Below, piece by piece: positions 9,279 to 17,980 of a stretch of DNA of 51,725 nucleotides; position 1 is the first letter of the stretch, and each line of letters opens with the position of its first letter. The notes below the pieces were generated by a model. The model worked only from the letters and a program-made list of their open reading frames with translations. It did not search any database and was not told the origin of the DNA. Position numbers and translations under genes: made by a program. The stretch is taken from contig MAGU01000082.1 of NCBI GenBank assembly GCA_001717025.1, positions 1 to 51,725 on the forward strand. The letters run 5' to 3'. The DNA comes from Candidatus Methanomethylicus oleisabuli (GTDB lineage: Archaea > Thermoproteota > Methanomethylicia > Methanomethylicales > Methanomethylicaceae).

Positions 9279-9601
9279 CAGCCGACCGCCCCCGAGACGC
9301 TCTCGCCGATCCAGTCCAGATAGCTCTGGTTGCCCCCCTCGACCCTGAGCGCAATGACCTCGGGCACCTCGTAGCTGTGGAGCTCCCTCACCCTAGCGGT
9401 CACCCTGCCGAAGAGCCGCTCCTCGGTCTTCGCGATCAGGAGCCACTCCCTCCCCTCCTCGACTTTGCCCTCCCACCTATAAACCGAGTCTATGCCTCCT
9501 ACGATATTCACGCACGCCGCCAGCCTTTCCTCGACGAGCGTCCTCGCTATCTTTAACCCTTCATGCCTCGCTCCGACAGTTATAAGAATGACCATGTACA
9601 T
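9278..9601 (-). CDS. cutA: Divalent-cation tolerance protein CutA
   Basis: IA..LVEERLAACVN, SVYRWEG, HSYEVPEV, YLDW. Confidence 0.93.
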   Translation of the reverse strand: MYMVILITVGARHEGLKIARTLVEERLAACVNIVGGIDSVYRWEGKVEEGREWLLIAKTEERLFGRVTARVRELHSYEVPEVIALRVEGGNQSYLDWIGESVSGAVG

Positions 9602-9640
9602 CGGACTTACACCGATCAACATTAGTCCTGATCTCAATAT

Positions 9641-9675
9641 AAACCATAAACCATAAACAACAAACCATAAACAAC
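9641..9675. repeat. Five-copy 7-bp tandem repeat (AAACCAT/AAACAAC) in a divergent promoter
   Basis: aaaccat-aaaccat-aaacaac-aaaccat-aaacaac. Confidence 0.9.
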
Positions 9676-9695
9676 CTGCCGGTCTGGTGGAATCC

Positions 9696-10862
9696 ATGGA
9701 TCAATGGGTATATCTACTTGCCTTTCTGCTCGCCTTCTGGTCAGCACTCTTTATTGCGAAGCAATTCCTGCCAAAGAGCTTTGAAGTTCATCCTTTCCTC
9801 GTCATGTGGAAGACCACCAGGTTCAACAACTTCATCGATAGGCTTGGTCGGAGGCTGAGCCGGTTCTGGAAGATAATATGGACCTTCGGTATCGCGCTGG
9901 GTCTCGGCGCGATGGGTTACATCACCTTCATTCTGGCGAGGAACCTCTACTACATCTTCTTCAGCACTGAGTCCGCATCCCCCGTCTCCCTTATCATCCC
10001 GGGAATCACGCTATCGCTCAACCTAAACACGCTCTTCTTCTTCGGGCTATCGATCGCCATAATCCTAGTGACCCACGAGCTTGCACACGGCCTCGCAGCC
10101 AGGGCCGAGGGCGTCAAGGTCAAGAGCACCGGGCTACTTCTCATGGTACTCATACCTGGCGCGTTCGTGGAGCCGGACGAGGAGGATCTCAACAAGGCAC
10201 GGAAGTCCACCCAAGCGAGGGTCTATGCCGCCGGATCGACTACGAACATACTCATAGGGCTGATTGCACTCCTGCTCCTCATCAATGCTGGGACCCTTAT
10301 CTCGCCCCTCTACTCGGCGACCCCGTCCGGCGTCGTCGTCATAGAGGTTGTAGCAGGCTCGCCCGCCTACGGCGTGCTGAACGCATGGGACGTGATCACA
10401 ACCATAAACGGCACTGCCCTGAGTGGCATCGAATCGCTGACGTTGGCTCTTAACGCAACGCTGCCAAACAGCACGGTCCCCATGGCCATAATAAGGGGCG
10501 GCGAGGAGACGGCCATCAACTTCACGCTAGGCTCCACCTCGAATAACGTCTCCTACATCGGGATCAACACCTACAACTACTACGCCCCCCACTACAGCTG
10601 GGCGCCTATCAGCCTGCCGTACTACGCACTCGGCTCCCTCTCGTGGATCTACCTATTCTCGCTGAACATAGGCTTGATCAACATGATGCCCGTTGCATTC
10701 TTCGACGGCGACAAGCTACTCACCATCATGCTGAAGTTCATATTCAAGGATGAGAAGAAGGCGCAGCCATACGCCAACCTCATCCGGTGGGGATGCGTGG
10801 CACTGCTGGTGCTCAATATCATGATGAGCTTTGTACTATTCCCCGGCTACAGGCTTGGATGA
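9696..10862 (+). CDS. Site-2 protease (M50) with PDZ domain
   Basis: HELAH, GAFVEP, AAG..N, PDZ-like V..GSPA..L...D.I..ING, N..P...FDG. Confidence 0.93.
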   Translation: MDQWVYLLAFLLAFWSALFIAKQFLPKSFEVHPFLVMWKTTRFNNFIDRLGRRLSRFWKIIWTFGIALGLGAMGYITFILARNLYYIFFSTESASPVSLIIPGITLSLNLNTLFFFGLSIAIILVTHELAHGLAARAEGVKVKSTGLLLMVLIPGAFVEPDEEDLNKARKSTQARVYAAGSTTNILIGLIALLLLINAGTLISPLYSATPSGVVVIEVVAGSPAYGVLNAWDVITTINGTALSGIESLTLALNATLPNSTVPMAIIRGGEETAINFTLGSTSNNVSYIGINTYNYYAPHYSWAPISLPYYALGSLSWIYLFSLNIGLINMMPVAFFDGDKLLTIMLKFIFKDEKKAQPYANLIRWGCVALLVLNIMMSFVLFPGYRLG

Positions 10863-10886
10863 TCACGTAAGATAAACTCAAAAAGG

Positions 10887-11858
10887 GTGGTACGCCTGCC
10901 ATCTGCACGGTGCAAATGCGGCAAGGATGCGTTCTACTTCAGAAGGGAGTCCGGCGAGGCGCTATGCCGCAGATGCTTTGCCAGGAGCATCGAGAGGACC
11001 GTCCACAGAACCATCAAGCGGGAGAAGTTATTCACCCCAGACGACAGGGTGATGATTGCCCTCTCGGGTGGCAAGGACAGCGTCGCCCTCGCCCACATCC
11101 TGTCAAAGATCGAGAGGCCATACCGCACGACGCTCTTCGCTTTGACCATTGACGAGGGGGTCAGCGGGTACCGTGAGGAGGGCCTCTCTATAACCCGGGG
11201 CGTTACTGATGACCTAGGGATGGAGCACCACATAGTCACCTTCAAGGAGGCATATGGTTACAGCCTCGAGGAGGTCTATGCGATGGCGAAGGGGCGTGGC
11301 ATCAGCCTACTCGGTTGCACCTTCTGCGGCATCATGCGCAGGCGCCTCCTGAACGACATGGCGATGAGGCTGGGTGCCACCAAGGTCGCAACCGGGCACA
11401 ACCTGGACGACGAGGCGCAGACATTCCTCATCAACATCCTGCGGGGCGACGTCGCGCGGTTAGGTCGTGCCGGCGTCCAGCCCGTCAAGGTCAGAGAGGG
11501 TTTCGTCCCTCGCGTGAAGCCTCTGCGCTACATACCTGAGAGGGAGATCGCCGCCTATGTCTACATGAAGGGGTATGCGCTTTACGAGCGGGAGTGCCCA
11601 TACGTCAGGGAGTCCGTCAGGGACGAGATCAGGGACATCCTGAACGGCATCGAGGAACGGCACCCCGGCACGAAGCACGCGATCGTAAATGGCTCTGACA
11701 AGCTCATGGAAGCCCTGAAACCATCGGTCGAGGCCTCAACTGTCGGCACGTGCAGCCGCTGCGGATCGCCATCTAGCAGGGGCGTCTGCCGCATGTGCGA
11801 GATCCTCGATATGCTGGGGATCAGCTCTAATACTTTTATAAACCACCTCGCAGAATGA
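10887..11858 (+). CDS. ttuA: tRNA 2-thiolation protein TtuA/Ncs6 family
   Basis: N- and C-terminal Zn fingers, PP-loop SGGKDS, CxxC..RR..LN, TGHNLDDEAQT, KPL, CPY. Confidence 0.9.
   Translation: MVRLPSARCKCGKDAFYFRRESGEALCRRCFARSIERTVHRTIKREKLFTPDDRVMIALSGGKDSVALAHILSKIERPYRTTLFALTIDEGVSGYREEGLSITRGVTDDLGMEHHIVTFKEAYGYSLEEVYAMAKGRGISLLGCTFCGIMRRRLLNDMAMRLGATKVATGHNLDDEAQTFLINILRGDVARLGRAGVQPVKVREGFVPRVKPLRYIPEREIAAYVYMKGYALYERECPYVRESVRDEIRDILNGIEERHPGTKHAIVNGSDKLMEALKPSVEASTVGTCSRCGSPSSRGVCRMCEILDMLGISSNTFINHLAE
11834..11842 (+). promoter_or_regulatory. TATA box of the SRP RNA gene (inside the ttuA 3' end)
   Basis: TTTTATAAA lies about 23 nt upstream of the predicted SRP RNA 5' end. Confidence 0.7.
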
Positions 11859-11864
11859 TTTTAG

Positions 11865-12186
11865 CGGTGCGGCAGGTAGGGCCGGAGGGTTCGGCCTCCT
11901 CTACACTACAAACGGTCGTCAAGGTAGGGCCAGCAACTCCGGGAGGCGGCGGTACCAGCCGCGATTCCTAGGGCTGCAGGCGTGGAAGTCTCGCCCTGTG
12001 GGGGCGTTGGAACGGGTTCAGCCCATCCGGAGGGATGGTCTTCCCGCGAGCCAGGCGAACCGGGTCAGATCCGGAAGGGAGCAGCCCTAAGTCTGGACAG
12101 TGCCGTTCACAGGATAACGGGATGGATGCCTGCTCACCCAAAGGGTCACGGCATGGGCCGCTCACTTCTGGGGGGCTGTCGCACCG
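11865..12186 (+). ncRNA. ffs: Archaeal SRP (7S) RNA
   Basis: Terminal helix CGGTGCGGCAG/CTGTCGCACCG, Alu-like GGAGGGTTCGGCCTCC, helix 6 CCATCC-GGAG-GGATGG, helix 8 GGGTCAGATCCGGAAGGGAGCAGCCC; about 320 nt. Confidence 0.95.
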
Positions 12187-12273
12187 TCCCATGCATTTCT
12201 TCCACACAGCGCGCCGGTTCGCCCCTAGGAGCCAAAATATATAATAAACCAGTTCGAATCACTCTTTGCAGAT

Positions 12274-12362
12274 GCCCGGGTTGCCTAGCCTGGTAGGGCG
12301 ATGGCTTGCTAAGCCATTGTCTAGCAATAGACTCGTGGGTTCAAATCCCACCCCGGGCGCCA
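12274..12362 (+). tRNA. tRNA-Ser(GCT), CCA encoded
   Basis: Acceptor GCCCGGG/CCCGGGC with G73, anticodon arm ATGGC-TTGCTAA-GCCAT, long variable arm, GGTTCAAATCC. Confidence 0.97.
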
Positions 12363-12400
12363 TTAAAACTTTTACTTTTTAAAGTTTTATCCACAAACGG

Positions 12401-13144
12401 TCATGGTTGGAACGATCTCTTCTCCACTATCTTCACACCAGGCGCATATTTCTTTATAAGATCCAGTGCCGTCGTAAAATTATCCTGAGTGCAAAAGACA
12501 CCTATTGGAAGAGCCAACTCTTTACCTCTGATCAAGATGCTGTGCTGCCCTTTGTAAGTGGTTACGCTCTTGATATCTTTCCACCGGATCGACTGCGATT
12601 CCCTGGAGATGGAGATGAGGCTCCCTCCCGCCACTACTGGCGAACGCAGCAGCACCGCCCCCAGTAAACCTGCTCTGTTAAGGGTTTTAGATGACTCGCC
12701 CGCCTCATACTCTATGCCCTTCTCATTTATGATAAACTCAGCGTCGATGCCGCCTTTCATTGCCCTTTCGAGTGCAAACATCACTATGAATGATAATCCC
12801 ATAATCGCCACGAAGAGCGACAACAGGACGGGTCCCATGCCTGTTATGACTAGGATCCAATCCTCGGGCACTAAAATTATGCCTAAAATCAACACAAACA
12901 GAAACCCGCCTCCAAGTGCCATGCTGAGCTGCCTTATCAAAAGGGTGTTTCTAACGAGAGGGATGCGGGTGCTCCAGCGCAGCTCGTAACCTTCCGTGCT
13001 GCTGAGGATCTCGCCCTGCGAAGGCGGAGGTGGGGGCTCTGATGGGGCGCCTGCCCCCGACCTGGCCGACTCCTTTATCGGGGCCTCACCGGCTTCAAAC
13101 GCCTCATCAATTTTGACCATCCTATTCCTATCATGCGAATTCAT
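12401..13144 (-). CDS. Hypothetical membrane protein (Pro-rich N-terminus, 2-3 TM helices, PH-like C-terminus)
   Basis: 247-aa ORF with hydrophobic segments and IRWKDIKSV; TATA-like TTTATTTATA upstream. Confidence 0.7.
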   Translation of the reverse strand: MNSHDRNRMVKIDEAFEAGEAPIKESARSGAGAPSEPPPPPSQGEILSSTEGYELRWSTRIPLVRNTLLIRQLSMALGGGFLFVLILGIILVPEDWILVITGMGPVLLSLFVAIMGLSFIVMFALERAMKGGIDAEFIINEKGIEYEAGESSKTLNRAGLLGAVLLRSPVVAGGSLISISRESQSIRWKDIKSVTTYKGQHSILIRGKELALPIGVFCTQDNFTTALDLIKKYAPGVKIVEKRSFQP

Positions 13145-13287
13145 TGATGGTGTTGACTAATCGGCGCCTTCTATAAATAAATTTATGCAGCAAGTTATGA
13201 ATTTTAAAGTTTTAAATCAGGTTAACCGAGGCAAGGGGGCACGATTCAGCGGCAAACGCCAATATCGAGGGTCCTCGGTCTAGTCTA

Positions 13288-13602
13288 TCACTCGGAACAA
13301 GCATTCATGTTCTTTATGTCTCCTCGGCCCCTTAGGCTTTCGGTATTCTGCACGTGGACGTGATCTCCAGCTTCTATGTTCTCGCTCGCCATGCCTATCA
13401 CTTCACCATACTTGATCACGTGCTCTCCCTTAGGGATCCTTTTTAATGCAAACTTGTGCCCAAATGTAATGTCGGATCTCAATTTAATCTTATATGAGGA
13501 CTGCCCGATTCCTGCCTCAACCACTGCATCCTTTTTCAAGCCGGTCAAGGCAGTCGCTACATTGTCGCGCTCATCAACCACGATGGCCCTTCCTTTTACC
13601 AT
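13288..13602 (-). CDS. UxaA-family dehydratase/sulfo-lyase small (SAF-domain) subunit
   Basis: DNVATAL, I.FGHK.AL..I..G..VIKYGE.IG.A...I..G.HVH..N..S.RGRGD; GGTGA SD. Confidence 0.9.
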   Translation of the reverse strand: MVKGRAIVVDERDNVATALTGLKKDAVVEAGIGQSSYKIKLRSDITFGHKFALKRIPKGEHVIKYGEVIGMASENIEAGDHVHVQNTESLRGRGDIKNMNACSE

Positions 13603-14754
13603 CTAGATCACCGGTCCTTTAGTGTATATGTTAAAGAACTTTTCATAGCCACAAATTTCGGCTTTGGTCCTCTTCGACGACGCCACATCCGCCACCTCTT
13701 TGAAAAGCCGTTGGGCGGCGGCGTCCAGACCCTCCTCACCGTAGAATACCGCGCTAAGGTCTACGTCAATATGCTCCTTCAGTCTGGAGCAGGTCTCAGG
13801 GTTACCTGAGATCTTGACTACCGGTACGATTGGGAAGCCCTGCGGCGCGCCCAAACCCGTCGTGAACAGGATTAGCTGGGCGCCTGCCGCGGCAAAGCCT
13901 GTCAGTGCCTCAATCTCACGACCCGGACCATCCATGAAAACCAGCCCTTTCTTTGAAGGGACGTCGCCATAATCCACAACATCAACAAGTTTAGATGAAC
14001 CCGTCTTGCATATTGCTCCTAATGACTTTTCTTCTATCGTTGTTATGCCGCCTTTAATGTTGCCTTCAGTCGGTTGACCACCACGCATATCCACCCCCAT
14101 CGCAATGACCCTCTTCTCCATCTCGCCGATTGCATTATACAGCCTTCTTGCGACCCCTTCGCTCGCGCACCTTTTTGCAAGAATATGCTCCGCACCGATG
14201 ACCTCAGTTGTTTCACCGAAGATCACCGTTCCGCCCCCTCCGACGATCAAGTCGGCAGCCTTTCCGGCAACAGGGTTGGACACAATGCCGGAAGTGGCGT
14301 CCGATGCCCCGCACTTTATTGCCACTTTGACCTCGGAAAAATCCACGGCAGTCCGCCTGACCTTTTCAGCCTCCTCGCACATCCTCTTTGTGATCTCTGA
14401 ACCCCTTGCTACGGCGTGCTGCAGCCCCTTCTCTTGAACCTCAACAACGCCAACCTCCTTTAGAGCCGATATCTTGTCGGCAATCCTGTCGACTGAAACG
14501 CTTTCGCAACCTAAACTGACAAGCAGCACCGAGTTGACGTTAGGGTTGGATGCCAGGTTCACAAGAACTTTTTCAACCAACGCAACGTCTGGAGGTGTCT
14601 GAGTACAGCCCTGAGTGTGAACGAGAAGTTTTGCCTTGGGATTAAGTTGCGCGATCCTCTCAGCCGCATCGCCGGAACAGCCTACGGTCACCATGACCGC
14701 AACGTAATTTCTTATGCCTACGCCATTGGCTCTATTATAGCCTGCAATTTCCAT
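13603..14754 (-). CDS. UxaA-family (altronate/galactarate dehydratase or SuyB-like) large subunit
   Basis: GIRN, H..GC, NPN, SLGCE, KCG.SD..SG..SNP, GETTE..GAEH, GN..GG.TTIEEKSLG...K.G, FTTG.G.P.G. Confidence 0.9.
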   Translation of the reverse strand: MEIAGYNRANGVGIRNYVAVMVTVGCSGDAAERIAQLNPKAKLLVHTQGCTQTPPDVALVEKVLVNLASNPNVNSVLLVSLGCESVSVDRIADKISALKEVGVVEVQEKGLQHAVARGSEITKRMCEEAEKVRRTAVDFSEVKVAIKCGASDATSGIVSNPVAGKAADLIVGGGGTVIFGETTEVIGAEHILAKRCASEGVARRLYNAIGEMEKRVIAMGVDMRGGQPTEGNIKGGITTIEEKSLGAICKTGSSKLVDVVDYGDVPSKKGLVFMDGPGREIEALTGFAAAGAQLILFTTGLGAPQGFPIVPVVKISGNPETCSRLKEHIDVDLSAVFYGEEGLDAAAQRLFKEVADVASSKRTKAEICGYEKFFNIYTKGPVI

Positions 14755-15140
14755 GTTGATCGCTTTTCGACGCACCGCATTTAAGCTTTATTTAAACGCT
14801 CCATCTTTTCAAGGGGGCTTTGTGCTCCTCACACGCATTTCCAACTCTACGTTTTAGAAACAATCTCTTCAATAATCCGGGCCTATACTGCCGCTCGCTG
14901 GCAAGCCCATGCGCCCAGCTCTCCCAACGAAGCTGCCGGCGGCATGGACATAAAAATGGCCGGCAAGCTCGCCGACTTCCTTCAAAAAGGTATGAAACTC
15001 ATTCAAGACGGGCAAAAAATACTTCCCGATGGAGTGTCAACTGAATTGAATGCTAATTTGAGGGAAGACTATAGAGAGCGTGCGCGTGCACGTGCGCAAG
15101 GACGTTATTATTAAAATGATTGGAGGCATGAAAAAACATA

Positions 15141-15859
15141 TTGAGCAAAGAAAGGATTGGAGAGATCGTTCTTGGCTGGTGCAAGGAGGAAGGCATATTC
15201 AGGGAGGAGGTAAAAGAGATCGATGCTGCGTTCCATTATAAGGTCAACGTTCCTGGAAATACCTCCTTTCCATGATCATCATCCAGCCAGTAGGCGCCGA
15301 CAAGGCGTTCATAACTTCAGGCGTGAGGCTAGAACCAGAGTTCATAGCCGCGATGAGGAGCATTGGCGAGCAGAAGAGGACGGAGTTCATCGCCTATCTG
15401 AGCTACAACCTGTACAGCTAACCAACGATATTCCACATACAGGAATCCGACGGCGTAATACAGCAGGTCACGATAACAGATCAGGTCTACTCGGACGAAC
15501 TCACCAAGGGCAGATTCATGAGGTCCATCCAAGACGTGTATCGCGTTACGGCACTCGCCTTTCTGCAGATCCAAGGCTTCCTCGCGACGATCCCCCTTGA
15601 GCGAGGCGCCGGTAAGGCTGCACCGCAGGAAGCCGGCACTCCCGGCGCGCAGGGCAAGCTTGAGACCTGCAGTCAATGCGGGGCCAAGTTGGCAGAGGGG
15701 GCAAAATTCTGCACAAAATGCGGAAAGCCACTCCAGCCCGCCGCATCCGTTGAAGTCAAGCCTCTAGTAGAAGCGAGGATCAACCGGTGCCCAAAGTGTG
15801 GGGCCGAAGCTAAGGGCGGGGGAAAATTCTGCACAAAATGTGGGGCTCCCCTTAAATAA
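15141..15859 (+). pseudogene. DUF2299-like protein fused to a double zinc ribbon, disrupted
   Basis: TTG at 15141 gives MSKERIGEIVLGWCKEEGIFREEV...FHY to TGA at 15273. It continues in the -1 frame from ATG 15272 with an in-frame TAA at 15419-15421, then VY.DELTK..FM..I..VY and two CxxCG...FCxxCG ribbons. Confidence 0.75.
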
Positions 15860-15892
15860 TCGTACGACGCTCAAAAGGAGGACGCGCATCAC

Positions 15893-16047
15893 TAGCGCTT
15901 TTTATTGAGCCGCGAGAATGCCGCGCCCGCAAGGCGCGGAGGAATCGCGCCTCCTTCTTTGCCTCTTACGGCGGCAGCCCCCTTGGAACTTGTGGCGCTC
16001 CGCCGTCACCGCCCCCCCTCACCAAGCGGCTCCAAATAAAATCGCTA
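15893..16047. mobile_element. MITE-like element (~155 bp) with ~21-bp imperfect TIRs and TA ends
   Basis: Left end TAGCGCTTTTTATTGAGCCGC; reverse complement of the right end TAGCGATTTTATTTGGAGCCGC; GC-rich non-coding interior. Confidence 0.45.
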
Positions 16048-16094
16048 TTGCTTGGCACATTGAATGGTTGCAAGCGCCCATCTGGTGCCGACGG

Positions 16095-16472
16095 CTACCC
16101 CTGCCTGTAGGCCAGGCCGTCCGCCACAGCGACCAGCTTCCCCTCCCCATTCGTGACCTTGATCCGGCACACGGCAGTGGTCTTACCCGCGCTCTCCTCG
16201 TACCCCTCGGCGGTCAGGACCTCGCCCTCGTGTGCCGGTCTCCTGTAGTTGATGTTCATTGCCAACGCTACAGACTTGGCGCCGCCTGAGTTGCACGTGG
16301 CTGCGAACGCGACATCGGCGAGCGCGTAGATAACCGCCCCGTGGGTTGCACCGTAGGCGTTTAGCATGTCCTTCCTTACCTTCATCCTTACCCTGCACGA
16401 TCCAGGCTTGGACTCTACCAGTTCCATGCCGTAATTCTGCGCCATCATGTCGTTCTTCACTAGCTCTTTCAT
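16095..16472 (-). CDS. PaaI-family hotdog thioesterase
   Basis: LN..G..HG..IY.LAD.AFA..CNS, INY.RP, L.AE..E. Confidence 0.9.
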   Translation of the reverse strand: MKELVKNDMMAQNYGMELVESKPGSCRVRMKVRKDMLNAYGATHGAVIYALADVAFAATCNSGGAKSVALAMNINYRRPAHEGEVLTAEGYEESAGKTTAVCRIKVTNGEGKLVAVADGLAYRQG

Positions 16473-16599
16473 GTCCGAATAAGGTTCCTCACGATACAAA
16501 AAAATCACCATCTCTCTATTGCATCTCTTAATATTTAGGGCGATTGGCTAATTTGAGGGGCCGGTTGCAATGCCAGACCTGCCACCACGACGCCCGGCA

Positions 16600-17178
16600 T
16601 CACTCGGTATCCTTGAGTTCGTCATGCCTAAAGCATCGTACCAGGTGGTCGTTGACCATGCCGACTGCCTGCATGTACGCATAGCAGATTGTAAGCCCTG
16701 CAAATGTGAATCCGCGCCTCTTCATGTCTGCGCTCATCGCCCTCGACTCCTCTGACTCCGTCTGCATCTCCGACGGCTCTTCCAGGTAGTGCTGAATCGC
16801 ACTCCCGCCGACGAATCCCCACGCATACCTCTCAAACGAGCCGAACTCCTTCTGCACCTCCACGACCCTCTTCGCGTTGTTTATGGCGGACTCTACCTTC
16901 CTTCTGTTCCTGATCATCCCGCCGGTTTCCATTATGCGCTCGACGTCCTTCTCGCCGTACCTTGCGACCCTCTCGGGGACGAAGCCCTCGAACGCCTTCC
17001 TCATCGCCTCTCTCCTGTTCAGTATCGTTCTCCAGCTCAGCCCCGCCTGGAACCCCTCAAGCACAAGGTGCTCGAAGAGGAAGCTGTCGTCGTGAGAGGG
17101 GGTGCCCCACTCCCTGTCGTGGTACTCGCGTTCGAGCGGGTTCTCGTCGCCCCAACACCTCGCCCTGTCCGGTGGCAT
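16600..17178 (-). CDS. tag: DNA-3-methyladenine glycosylase I
   Basis: C.W...YHD.EWG.P, LFE.L.LEGFQAGLSW.TIL.RR, IRNR.K, QAVGMVNDH...C. Confidence 0.95.
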   Translation of the reverse strand: MPPDRARCWGDENPLEREYHDREWGTPSHDDSFLFEHLVLEGFQAGLSWRTILNRREAMRKAFEGFVPERVARYGEKDVERIMETGGMIRNRRKVESAINNAKRVVEVQKEFGSFERYAWGFVGGSAIQHYLEEPSEMQTESEESRAMSADMKRRGFTFAGLTICYAYMQAVGMVNDHLVRCFRHDELKDTE

Positions 17179-17289
17179 GCATTCAGTACCTCCAGTGATC
17201 GATTTAGGTTTTTCTTGGCCATAACCTAGCCTAGGCGGTGTTACCTAGCGATACTTATAATAAATGGCTGGGCGTTTCATCTTTCACGC

Positions 17290-17367
17290 GGGGCTGTAGG
17301 CTAGCTTGGTCCAGACTGCGAGGCTTGGGCCCTCGTGACCCCGGTCCGAATCCGGGCAGCCCCACCA
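17290..17367 (+). tRNA. tRNA-Pro(TGG), CCA encoded; atypical C55 and C12:A23
   Basis: Acceptor GGGGCTG/CAGCCCC, anticodon arm CGAGG-CTTGGGC-CCTCG, T arm CCCGG-TCCGAAT-CCGGG. Confidence 0.93.
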
Positions 17368-17557
17368 CCTCCCGAGGGCGCTTGGTCAGCCTGCCGAAAA
17401 TCCAAAAAATAAGGTAAATTAAAGCAAAGCAAGGCAATCGCGTAAGTTAGTTAATATGTAAACAACCAGCCAGCGTGCGAGCACCTTCGCAGAAAGGCCT
17501 ATACCATGCTGGTAGCCGACTAGTCTGGATGTTATGAATAAAAAGGTCTCTTGACAA

Positions 17558-17980
17558 TCAGAGGAAGGCCTGGAGCTTCTTGCCCCTCTCCTCTCTCTCC
17601 TTTCCCATCTTTATCAGGGCGTTCTTTGCGTTCCCAAGGAAGCCGAGCTTTGCTGCGGCGTCGGCATAGAACTTAGCGGCGCTCATCTCTACCCTCGCGG
17701 CGTTCCTTATGCCCTCCTTGAGGTCGTTGCCAACATCGTACTTGCCGTCGTAGTTGATCGTGTCGAGACCCGTTATCGCCTCGAGGATCATCTCCTGCAT
17801 CTCCATCCTCCTGATCCTCTCCAGCGTCTGCTTGTTCTTCTTTGAGGCGCCGGACATGCCGTTGAGCAGTGCCTTGCATTCGCCATCTGCCTTCTCAGAG
17901 AGCTTCGCATAAAAATGGGAGGCGGCGTCCTCCGCCTCTATGGCGTAATTGAGGACCGCGCCGAATGTACCGAGCTCCAC
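17558..17980 (-). CDS. Ferritin/rubrerythrin-like four-helix protein
   Basis: AI..E..A..FY..L and A..E..A.KFY helical repeats. The ExxH ligands are missing. Translationally coupled to the aldehyde dehydrogenase (TAG-GTG). Confidence 0.7.
   Translation of the reverse strand: MELGTFGAVLNYAIEAEDAASHFYAKLSEKADGECKALLNGMSGASKKNKQTLERIRRMEMQEMILEAITGLDTINYDGKYDVGNDLKEGIRNAARVEMSAAKFYADAAAKLGFLGNAKNALIKMGKEREERGKKLQAFL

Noticed and set aside
14944-15114. 56-codon ORF MDIKMAGKLADFLQKGMKLIQDG...
   Set aside because: No recognisable motif or clear SD/TATA; it may be a gene fragment but I cannot support it.
15419-15421. Stop-codon recoding (Pyl/Sec) in the DUF2299-like gene
   Set aside because: The stop is TAA, not TAG or TGA, and a separate frameshift is present, so decay is the simpler explanation.
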